A stretch of DNA of 64,000 bases, taken from NCBI GenBank assembly GCA_963756875.1, contig CAVWPA010000001.1, positions 1 through 64,000 on the forward strand, in the 5' to 3' direction. Under the pieces are notes generated by a model. It had not been told where the DNA came from. It did no database searches and saw only the letters and a list, made by a program, of their open reading frames with translations. Source of the stretch: an uncultured Verrucomicrobiae bacterium. Its GTDB lineage: Bacteria > Verrucomicrobiota > Verrucomicrobiia > Chthoniobacterales > UBA10450. Position numbers and translations under genes: made by a program. Of the stretch, positions 45,774-53,936 are shown in pieces (within the stretch, counting starts at the first letter, position 1; every line of letters starts with the position of its first letter).

Positions 45774-48353
45774 TCAAAGCAGATCCAACTGCGGTCTTTC
45801 CGATTTCATTTTGCTCGTTGCCGGTCTTCTCTTCGCTTTAACCGGGGTCTCGGTTCCGCTGTTCGGTCTCTCCAGATGCGAAAGAATGTCCTTCGCCCGA
45901 TCGAGAATTGCTTTCGGCAAACCGGCCAGGCGCGCCACCTGGATCCCGTAGCTTTTGTCCGCGCCGCCCGGCACGATTTTGCGCAGAAAAATAATCTGAT
46001 CGTTCCATTCACGAACCGCCACATTGAAATTGCAGACGCCGTCGCGTTCCTCGGCCAGCTTGGTCAGCTCGTGGTAATGCGTCGCAAATAACGTTCGCGC
46101 CTTGATGGTATCGTGCAGAAATTCCGCCACGCTCCAGGCGATCGAGAGTCCGTCGAATGTCGATGTTCCCCGGCCGATCTCGTCCAGGATGACCAGGCTG
46201 CGCTCCGTGGCGTTGTTGACGATGTTTGAGGTCTCGTTCATCTCCACCATGAAAGTGGACTGGCCACGCGCCAGATCGTCGTTCGCGCCGACGCGTGTGA
46301 AAATGCGATCGACCAGTCCGATCTCCGCGCTTTCCGCCGGAACGAAGCTGCCGATCTGCGCCATCAGCACAATCAACGCGACCTGGCGGATGTAAGTGGA
46401 TTTCCCCGCCATGTTCGGTCCGGTGATGATGGCCAGCCGCGTATTCTCGCCATCGAGCACGGTGTCGTTAGGCACGAATTTCTCTTCCACCAGATTTTGA
46501 TCGAGCACCGGATGCCGTCCGTCCTTAATCACAAGCTGCAGTGTCTCATTTAAAACCGGCCGGCAGTAACCAAAGAGCCGCGCCGTTTCCGCAAGCCCGC
46601 AGATCGCATCGAGAGTCGCGATCGCCGCAGCCGTCTGCTGGATCGGCCCAAGTTCGAGCACGGTTTCGTCGCGCAGTTTTTGAAAAAGCTGGTACTCGAG
46701 TTGGCGGGCGCGTTCATCCGCCCCGAGGATTTTCGCCTCCACTTCCTTTAGCTCCGGCGTGATGAAGCGCTCGCCGCCGACGGTCGTCTGTTTGCGCGTG
46801 TAGCGCTCCGGCACGCTGGCCAGATTCGATTTGGTGATCTCAATGAAATAACCGAAGACCGAGTTGTAACGCACTTTGAGCGACTTGATGCCAGTGGCTG
46901 CGATCTCGCGCTCCTGCAATTGGTTGATCCAGTCTTTGCCATCGCGCGATGCCCGCCGCAGCTCATCGAGATCAGCGTCGTAATTGTCGCGAAAAATTCC
47001 GCCTTCTTTAAGCGTCAACGGCGGATCGTCCACAACAGCTGCGGCCAGTTTTTCGGCCAGCGCCGGCATTTCCTGAATCTCATTTTGCAATTCTTGCTGT
47101 AGTGGCAGGCGTGTCGCCTGCTTCTTCTGGGGAATTGCAGCCGACACGGCTGCCGCTACAGAATTCGTCGGACCCCGCGACTGCGGGCGCGAAACGTCCC
47201 TACCTGTTCCGAATTCGCTTCGCTCGATCAATTTCTGCAATTCGGCTTTCAGTTTCGGGATTTGTTGCAACGACGTTTTCAGCGCCACCAAATCGCGCCC
47301 GTTGCCCGAAGCCTGGCTCAATCGTCCCGTCGCGCGTTCGATATCGCGGATCGATTTCAATTCGGCGCGAATCGACGCCAGCAGATCCGGTTCCTGCAAC
47401 AGATCGGCGATCATTTGCTGGCGGCATTCCAGCTCGGCCAGATTGCGTAACGGTTGCAAAATCCACGCGCGCAATTTGCGGCCGCCCATCGGCGTAATCG
47501 TTCGGTCGAGTACCGCCAGAAGACTGATATCGCGTGCGCTGCGTGATTCGACCAACTCGAGATTGGTTTGCGTGGCCGCGTCGAGCACGACGTAATCCGC
47601 CGGTGCATCGCAGCGCAACGAAGCAAGATGATCGATTTTTCGCCGCAACTGGTGCTTTAAATAATGCACGATCGCGCCTGCGGCTGCCACAGCCTGCGGC
47701 ATTTCTTCGCATCCAAATCCATCGAGCGATTTGACCTTAAAATGTTCGCGCAACGTGAAGACGGCCTGGTCCGGCAGGAAAGCGTAGCTGTCGTAGCCGA
47801 GCGCGTCCTCGATTTCGCCGAAAGTTTCTTTCTGCTCTTCGCTGACAAGCAATTCCGCCGGGCCGACGCGTGCCAGCTCGTCGAGTAGCCCTTGTCGATC
47901 GTGCGCCTGGGTCAATCGAAACTCACCCGTGCTCAGGTCCGCATACGCAAATCCAAACACGCCGCTATCGACATAGACCGCGCCGAGATAATTTGCGCGT
48001 TTAGATTCGAGCAGATCCAAATCGCTCACCGTGCCCGCGCTGACGATTTGGGTGATATCGCGCGAAACAATTTTGCCGGGCTGCGGTTCGCTGGTCTGAT
48101 CGCAAACAGCTACGCGCCGTCCGGCCTTGATCAACTTCGCGATGTAACCCTGAGCCGCGTGATACGGCATTCCGCACATTGGCACTCCGTTGCGTTTGGT
48201 CAGCGCGACATTGAGCAATCCCGACGCCTCCTTCGCATCCTCGAAAAACAGCTCGTAAAAATCGCCCAACCGAAAAAGCAGGAGCGTATCCGCCGGAATG
48301 CTGCTCCGCAGCCGCCGATACTGCTGCATCATCGGAGTAAGCGCATCCTGCAT
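45774..48353 (-). CDS. mutS: DNA mismatch repair protein MutS with an in-frame REP-derived insertion
   Basis: TPMMQQY, GDFYELF, TGPNMAGKSTY, STFMVEM, LDEIGRGTST, FATHYHEL. Confidence 0.97.
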   Translation of the reverse strand: MQDALTPMMQQYRRLRSSIPADTLLLFRLGDFYELFFEDAKEASGLLNVALTKRNGVPMCGMPYHAAQGYIAKLIKAGRRVAVCDQTSEPQPGKIVSRDITQIVSAGTVSDLDLLESKRANYLGAVYVDSGVFGFAYADLSTGEFRLTQAHDRQGLLDELARVGPAELLVSEEQKETFGEIEDALGYDSYAFLPDQAVFTLREHFKVKSLDGFGCEEMPQAVAAAGAIVHYLKHQLRRKIDHLASLRCDAPADYVVLDAATQTNLELVESRSARDISLLAVLDRTITPMGGRKLRAWILQPLRNLAELECRQQMIADLLQEPDLLASIRAELKSIRDIERATGRLSQASGNGRDLVALKTSLQQIPKLKAELQKLIERSEFGTGRDVSRPQSRGPTNSVAAAVSAAIPQKKQATRLPLQQELQNEIQEMPALAEKLAAAVVDDPPLTLKEGGIFRDNYDADLDELRRASRDGKDWINQLQEREIAATGIKSLKVRYNSVFGYFIEITKSNLASVPERYTRKQTTVGGERFITPELKEVEAKILGADERARQLEYQLFQKLRDETVLELGPIQQTAAAIATLDAICGLAETARLFGYCRPVLNETLQLVIKDGRHPVLDQNLVEEKFVPNDTVLDGENTRLAIITGPNMAGKSTYIRQVALIVLMAQIGSFVPAESAEIGLVDRIFTRVGANDDLARGQSTFMVEMNETSNIVNNATERSLVILDEIGRGTSTFDGLSIAWSVAEFLHDTIKARTLFATHYHELTKLAEERDGVCNFNVAVREWNDQIIFLRKIVPGGADKSYGIQVARLAGLPKAILDRAKDILSHLERPNSGTETPVKAKRRPATSKMKSERPQLDLL
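47097..47204. repeat. REP doublet plus second REP unit inside the mutS coding sequence
   Basis: 47097-47121 matches intergenic REP 36724-36748 at 23/25; inverted partner at 47137-47161; 47170-47204 ends CGTCCCTACC like 35554. Confidence 0.85.
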
Positions 48354-48404
48354 CCTGTGATTATCCGCGATACTGACCGTCAGGAAAAGCTTGTTGAATC
48401 AACT

Positions 48405-48523
48405 CCGGGGAGCGCACGCGCCTCGCGTGCTGGTCATGGCGCCTCGCCATGACCCCGTTCCGGCTTCGACATTGAGCGTTGGGCGTTCGACGCTTGCCGC
48501 GCCGTAGCCTTGGCGGAGGCGGG
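48405..48523. repeat. Cluster of three repeat families (GGGAGCGCACGCG type, GGCGTT heptamer arm, GCCGCGCCGTAGCCTTGGCGGAGGCGG type)
   Basis: Related units recur at 51899, 52703, 33037 and 54451. Confidence 0.7.
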
Positions 48524-48543
48524 TTGAACCTTTTCTTCCTGTT

Positions 48544-49563
48544 TCACCCCCGCACTGTTTTCATCCCGTGCCGGATGATCCGGTCGATCAATTGCGGATA
48601 CGCCAGGCCCGCCCTGCCCGCCGCGAGCGCGAAATCTTCATCCTCCGCAAGATGCGGATTTGGGTTTGCCTCGATGAAATACACGTCGTTGTCCGCACTT
48701 AGCCGCAGGTCGATGCGCGCGTAGCCGTCGATCGTCAGGAGGCGGTAGATGCGTTTGCACGTCTCCTCGATATGCGAGACCAGCGCGGGATCGAGATTTT
48801 CAGCGAACTGGTTCTCCAGACCCCATCGTTTGCGATATTCGTCGTCCCACTTCGCCTTGAAAGTCGCAATCTTTGGTTCGTTCGGCGGCACTTCGCGAAA
48901 GACAAGCTCGCGGATCGGAAAAACGGTCAACTTCACGTTACCCATCAAACTCACGTAAAGTTCGCGGCCTTCCACGTATTCCTCCGCTATCGCGTCGCTA
49001 TTGTATTTTTCGTGAATGAACGCGACCCGATCGCGAAACTGCTCGTCATTCTCGACAAACGACGCCCGCGAAATGCCGTAGGATGCTTCTTCCTTCACCG
49101 GTTTTACCAAAACCGGAAACCTCAGCTGTTTCGGACGTGCGATGCGCTGGCCACGCGGGACCACGACGAAGTTCGGAACGTGGATATGATGATAATGAAG
49201 GATCTTTTTCGAGATGCCCTTGTGCTTGCAAAGGGTCAGACCGGTTGAGCCGCAGCCGGTAAACGGCAGGCCCTGCATTTCGAAGAATGAAACGATGTTC
49301 TGATCGAATCCCGGGTTGTTCCTGAACTGCTCGACAAGGTTGAAGAGAGCGTCGGGCGCGAAAGTCTCCAGTTTTTGCCGCAGTAGATCGACGTCGTCGT
49401 AGATGGCCAGGTGCTCCGCCGTGTGACCGAGCGTGCCGAGCGCAGCCATGACGTTCGCCTCGGTTTTCCAATCCGGCGTCTTCATTTCCTTGCTGAAGTC
49501 CTGGTCGAGGGTCGTGGGACTTGTGCCGTCGAAAAGCACGAGGACTTTGAGTTTCTTTTTCAC
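48544..49563 (-). CDS. Ddl-like ATP-grasp ligase
   Basis: VKPVKEEASYGI, EEYVEGRE, YARIDLR, FIEANPNP; lacks the canonical Ddl GGxSxE N-terminal motif. Confidence 0.85.
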   Translation of the reverse strand: MKKKLKVLVLFDGTSPTTLDQDFSKEMKTPDWKTEANVMAALGTLGHTAEHLAIYDDVDLLRQKLETFAPDALFNLVEQFRNNPGFDQNIVSFFEMQGLPFTGCGSTGLTLCKHKGISKKILHYHHIHVPNFVVVPRGQRIARPKQLRFPVLVKPVKEEASYGISRASFVENDEQFRDRVAFIHEKYNSDAIAEEYVEGRELYVSLMGNVKLTVFPIRELVFREVPPNEPKIATFKAKWDDEYRKRWGLENQFAENLDPALVSHIEETCKRIYRLLTIDGYARIDLRLSADNDVYFIEANPNPHLAEDEDFALAAGRAGLAYPQLIDRIIRHGMKTVRG

Positions 49564-49568
49564 GTTTG

Positions 49569-50585
49569 CTATTTGGTGCGCTTGAACTTGCCGGTAAAAA
49601 GATAATTCATCACCAGCGTCGTAATAAAAGCGCTTACTCGAAAATCCTGCTGCGGATCGTCGTTGAGCACGTGGAGATCGAGTTCGTCACAACGATCGAT
49701 GAGGCGCGCCAGGAGTTTGTTCACCCGGAATTTCTTTTCGTTTGTCCACTGGCAGACTGAGTTTAACAGGCGCCGCCGCGTTCGGCGCAGATACGAGCTG
49801 GCGTAGATCCGGCCGGGGCCGGCCTGCGCCGAAAAAAGCTGCCGGAGATCGGCGTCGTAGAAGTCCGGATAGGTATCTTCGTAAAGTTTTCGTTTACGCG
49901 CGTAATAGGTCTTGAGCTTGACGTTCAGACAATCGTAATCGGCCACGCGATACTTCGGCGTATGTACTGGCGGCACCCCCGCCAGGGACTTCATCAACTC
50001 GTCGATGTATTCGAGCTTCTGCAACGCTTTCCAGCCGGTGTAACGCGCGCGCCAATCGAGTTCCGGCGTAAGCCAGATCGCAAACGTCTCCGCGAAGTCT
50101 TCGTCCGGATGCGCCTGCGCATACCAGTCGTCGAGATGCATGACGTAACCGCGGCTGAACGGACGCGGCCGATAAAAGGTCGGCGTTTCCTTGTCCGACG
50201 TTTGTCCGAAATTCTGTTGCCACTTCTTCTTACGCTGAAGCTGGTATGCGTAGCTATAAGCGTGCGCCGCCTCGTGCCGCATCAGTTTCATGAACCATTC
50301 CTTGGTCCCGCCTTCGACTTCGAGCATCAACGTCCGCTCCAGTGCGCGCAGCCGATCGTGGACAAGGAAAAACGGGATAAAGATCGCCGGGATCCCGATC
50401 GGCACGAACCATTCATCGCCGATGTGACACGGCGGATGAAACACAAGCCCATGGGCCGAGAGCTCGTTGTAAACCTCCCGGATAAGCGGCTCCAGCGGTG
50501 TCCCCTCCAGTCGCAAACCCAGCGTCGAAATGCGATGTTCGAGAAGATCTTGATCGCTTAGTTGTGCCCAGTCGGGTGCATCCAT
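49569..50585 (-). CDS. Putative zinc-binding metallopeptidase
   Basis: HEAAH (HExxH) and YAQAHPDEDFAETF motifs. Confidence 0.8.
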   Translation of the reverse strand: MDAPDWAQLSDQDLLEHRISTLGLRLEGTPLEPLIREVYNELSAHGLVFHPPCHIGDEWFVPIGIPAIFIPFFLVHDRLRALERTLMLEVEGGTKEWFMKLMRHEAAHAYSYAYQLQRKKKWQQNFGQTSDKETPTFYRPRPFSRGYVMHLDDWYAQAHPDEDFAETFAIWLTPELDWRARYTGWKALQKLEYIDELMKSLAGVPPVHTPKYRVADYDCLNVKLKTYYARKRKLYEDTYPDFYDADLRQLFSAQAGPGRIYASSYLRRTRRRLLNSVCQWTNEKKFRVNKLLARLIDRCDELDLHVLNDDPQQDFRVSAFITTLVMNYLFTGKFKRTK

Positions 50586-50864
50586 TTTCAGTCTCTCAGC
50601 AATTAGCTATCAACCATCAACTGCATTTGGTCTCTCAACGACGCCCAATCGGCAGCTTCCATCTCGCGCACGGTATCACCGGGCGGCATACTGTCACGCC
50701 TTTGCACAATGCCGTCAGAGTCGGACTTGCAGTCTGACCGCGCTGGCGGTTCGAGCTCGCCGCGGGACAAGTCCGTCCGATCGGCGGACCGGACCGGCGT
50801 TATGGAATTGGAATAAAGGCCGTGCCTCTTGCATCAGAGCAGATCAAGGCAGAAGACAAGCATC

Positions 50865-51812
50865 ATGAACGATTCGTCGCGGGATATCCTGGATTGCATC
50901 GGCGACACCTCTTTGCTGCCCTTGCGCAAGATCGCGCCGAAGAACGGCGCCCGCATTTTGCTGAAGCTGGAGAGCGAGAATCCCACGGGGAGCATGAAGG
51001 ACCGGATGGCCCTGGCCATGATCGAAGCGGCCGCGGCGGACGGGCGTCTCAAACCGGGCGGTTCGGTTGTCGAGTATACCGGCGGCAGCACCGGTGTGTC
51101 GCTCTCTCTCATCTGCGCGGTGAAGGGTTATCCCCTGCATATCGTGAGTTCGGATGCCTTTTCCAAAGAGAAACTCGATCACATGAAAATTCTGGGGGCC
51201 AGATTGGAAATCGTCAAAAGCGAGAGCGGAGGAATGACGGAGAAACTGACCCGGGACATGGTTGAAGCCGCCCGCCTCATTACCGAAAAAACCGGAGGCT
51301 TCTGGACCGATCAGTTGAAGAACAAGGATCAACTCGCGGCCTACCACGAAATGGCGGAAGAAATCTGGAGTCAGACCGGTGGAAAGATCGATGGCTTTGT
51401 CCAGATGGTGGGGACCGCGGCGTCCCTGCGCGGTATCGGAGAGGATTTACGCGCTCATAATAAAGAGATCCGAATCGTTGCCGTAGAGCCCTCTGAATCT
51501 GCGGTTCTGTCGGGTGGGAAACCGGGTTCGCATAAAATTGACGGAGTCGGAGCGGGGTTCGTCGTGCCGCTCTGGACGAAAAGCGTTGCCGATCAGATTG
51601 ACCGGGTTTCCACGGAAGAGGCGATCGCCATGGCCATGCGACTTGCCCGGGAAGAAGGGCTCTTTGCGGGGACGTCCACTGGCGGCAATGTCGTTGCTGC
51701 TTTGCGATTGGCCGCACAACTGGGGCCAGACGCGACGGTTGTGACGATCATGTGCGACACCGGGATGAAATATCTCAAAACGTATGGGAACGCGTTAAAA
51801 AGCGCGTCGTGA
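50865..51812 (+). CDS. PLP-dependent cysteine synthase family protein
   Basis: KLESENPTGSMKDR, HKIDGVGAG, EEGLFAGTSTGGN, DTGMKYL; TGGSTG replaces the usual TSGNTG. Confidence 0.88.
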   Translation: MNDSSRDILDCIGDTSLLPLRKIAPKNGARILLKLESENPTGSMKDRMALAMIEAAAADGRLKPGGSVVEYTGGSTGVSLSLICAVKGYPLHIVSSDAFSKEKLDHMKILGARLEIVKSESGGMTEKLTRDMVEAARLITEKTGGFWTDQLKNKDQLAAYHEMAEEIWSQTGGKIDGFVQMVGTAASLRGIGEDLRAHNKEIRIVAVEPSESAVLSGGKPGSHKIDGVGAGFVVPLWTKSVADQIDRVSTEEAIAMAMRLAREEGLFAGTSTGGNVVAALRLAAQLGPDATVVTIMCDTGMKYLKTYGNALKSAS

Positions 51813-51898
51813 TTGGTTAAATCGTTACAAGGTTACAAAGGGAAGATGGCGTCTGACGCTCCCAAGGGCTCCGCGAATGGGCAGGCTTCCACAAGATT

Positions 51899-52014
51899 CC
51901 GGGGGAGCGCACACGCCCTCGCTGCTCGCTTCGGTGCTTCGCCGAAACATTTATCCCTAAAGTTCGCGGCGGCGGGGCGCCGTCGCCAGCACGCGAGGCG
52001 CGTGCGCTCCCGGA
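51899..52014. repeat. GGGAGCGCACGCG-type inverted-repeat element
   Basis: CCGGGGGAGCGCAC... / ...GCACGCGAGGCGCGTGCGCTCCCGGA. Confidence 0.75.
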
Positions 52015-52332
52015 GATGTGCCGGCGATATAAAATATTCATAGCCGTTTCTCGCACGGGTTGAGGAACTTATGCTCGGAGATGGGCCGCCGCACTGGACA
52101 GGTACGCAAACGGCTGTAAATAAGTAGAGATGAAGAGAATCAACGCGCTGAATCTCGCCGCCCGTCACAACGGGCAGGCTGCATAACGGCTCGTTCGATC
52201 TCGCCAAGTTGGAGCCCCCGAACGCTTTCGGGGCACCCCAGTGGACGAATCTTACCACGCGCGGGTTTTATGCGCCGGAACTTCCGAACCGAATTCGGGA
52301 ATCAAACTCAACACTCAACAATTTAGAAACTT

Positions 52333-52647
52333 ATGAAACCAACACCTCAAATCAGTCCCAATAAGCACAGGTCGCGTCGCGATAGCAGCGCGCCGCGCAA
52401 GCAACAGAGTTTTCCATTAACGGATTGCTTCTTCCAATCGACCCTCGACGCCAGAAGCACTTCGTCCGGCATCTGTCTGGAAAAGAAGCTGCGCGCGTTT
52501 CGCAACCTGAGCAGCGAGTTCTTCGGCGCCGAAACGCGTTTGGATTATGCCGTCGAGTTGCTGTTGTTCGCCCTCATTACAGCGATTTCGGCCTGGCCGA
52601 TTATTTCGGCCATGGTTGCCGTGATTCGTCTGGTCAGGAATTATTAA
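52333..52647 (+). CDS. Small hypothetical membrane protein (paralog of 39583-39879)
   Basis: MKP...TDCFFQ...FRNLSSEFFGAETR...C-terminal TM helix; A/C-rich leader. Confidence 0.75.
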   Translation: MKPTPQISPNKHRSRRDSSAPRKQQSFPLTDCFFQSTLDARSTSSGICLEKKLRAFRNLSSEFFGAETRLDYAVELLLFALITAISAWPIISAMVAVIRLVRNY

Positions 52648-52702
52648 TCGAGAACGGGCTGGCACTTGCTCGCCCGCGCAGGGTTGCGCCGGGGATCGGT
52701 AT

Positions 52703-52886
52703 CCGGGGAGCGCACGCGCCCTCGCGTGCTGCTTTCGGCGCGTCGCCGAAAGAATCTGTATAAACGCTTGCGACCCCGAAAGCGTTCGGGGTCGCCTCGC
52801 ACGCGAGGCGCGTGCGCTCCGTGGAGAGAGCGGCGTCTGACACAGACGCCCTGCAATTTCAGCCGCTGGAGACAGCGGCCCCTACA
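52703..52886. repeat. GGGAGCGCACGCG-type element with a nested CCCCGAAAGCGTTCGGGG palindrome, followed by a GTAG REP
   Basis: Arms at 52703 and 52798-52821; nested stem 52770-52795; CAGCCGCTGGAGACAGCGGCCCCTACAG at 52860-52887. Confidence 0.75.
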
Positions 52887-53784
52887 GGACGATCCGAACG
52901 CCTTCGGCGGCGGTACGTTGGCCGTAAAAGTCGCTCAGACGTTTTGTCATCGGCCCGACTTTTCCGGTACCGATTGTCTTTTCATCGACCTGAATGATGC
53001 CGGCCAGTTCGCCCATTGTGCCGGTGCAGAACATTTCGTCTGCGCCGTAAACATCGACGAGGGACAAATCGGTTTCGATGCAGGGAATTTTTTCGGCGTC
53101 GCAGATTTCGATGACGGTCGCGCGGGTGATTCCTTCGGGACACGCGACGACCCGGCTCGTGGCCAGCTCGCCTTTGCGTACAATGAACACGTGAGTGGCG
53201 TTCGTCTCCGCCAGGTTTTCCCGGGTGTCGAGCATGAGGGCATCGTCGGCGCCGGCGTTGTTTGCCTCGATCTTGGCGAGAATCGAATTCAACAAGTTTG
53301 CGTGATGAATTCGTGCATCGAGAACTTCAGGCGGTGGGCGGCGGACCTTCGCGGTGATCAATTTCAGCCCGCGTTTGGAGTAAACCGGAGCTTTGTGCTC
53401 GGCGAGGACGATGAGCGTTGGGCCGCTTTGGTTTAATCGCGGGTCCATGCCGGAAGTAATCTTCGCGCCGCGGGTGAGGGTGAGGCGAATATGGACACCG
53501 TCGCGCATTTTGTTGGCTGTGAGCGTCCGTTTAATTTCCTCGATGATTTTTTCGCGTGGCGGAATCTCGGTAAACGAGAGCGCGCGCGCCGACCGATCGA
53601 GTCGGTCGAGATGTTCGTGCAACTTAAAGATATGCCCGTTGTAGAGCCGTAAACCCTCCCAGACCGCGTCGCCGCCTTGCACGGAGGAATCGAACGGACT
53701 GACGCCCGCCTTTTCGCGATGCATTAATTGACCGTTGATGTTGACGATCAGGTTTCTGTTTTTCGGATTAGATTGCTGAAGCAT
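52882..53784 (-). CDS. Class IV PLP aminotransferase (BCAT-like)
   Basis: QGGDAVWEGLRLY, HLDRL, EGITR, GTMGEL; RIHHANLLN in place of the usual Lys-containing motif. Confidence 0.88.
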   Translation of the reverse strand: MLQQSNPKNRNLIVNINGQLMHREKAGVSPFDSSVQGGDAVWEGLRLYNGHIFKLHEHLDRLDRSARALSFTEIPPREKIIEEIKRTLTANKMRDGVHIRLTLTRGAKITSGMDPRLNQSGPTLIVLAEHKAPVYSKRGLKLITAKVRRPPPEVLDARIHHANLLNSILAKIEANNAGADDALMLDTRENLAETNATHVFIVRKGELATSRVVACPEGITRATVIEICDAEKIPCIETDLSLVDVYGADEMFCTGTMGELAGIIQVDEKTIGTGKVGPMTKRLSDFYGQRTAAEGVRIVL

Positions 53785-53789
53785 GTCTC

Positions 53790-53921
53790 CTAAATTCCAA
53801 GTTCCAACATCCAAGCTCCAGAGAAATTCCAAACATTAATTCCAGACATCATGCTCCGGTATTTTTGGATAATTGGAGCTTAAAGTTTCTTTGGATGTTG
53901 GACCTTGGGATTTGGAGCTTT
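53790..53921. repeat. Heptamer-ladder hairpin element
   Basis: TTCCAAGTTCCAACATCCAAGCTCCAGAGAAATTCCAA left arm, TTGGATGTTGGACCTTGGGATTTGGAGC right arm. Confidence 0.8.
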
Positions 53922-53936
53922 GCCCGGCTTTCTATT

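Noticed and set aside
47097..47217. Intein or intron in mutS
   Set aside because: Too short, no Cys/His-Asn splice motifs, and the DNA matches intergenic REP units
9939..53921. Periodic repeats as a CRISPR array
   Set aside because: They are degenerate heptamer ladders in inverted arms, with no constant repeat plus unique spacers and no cas genes
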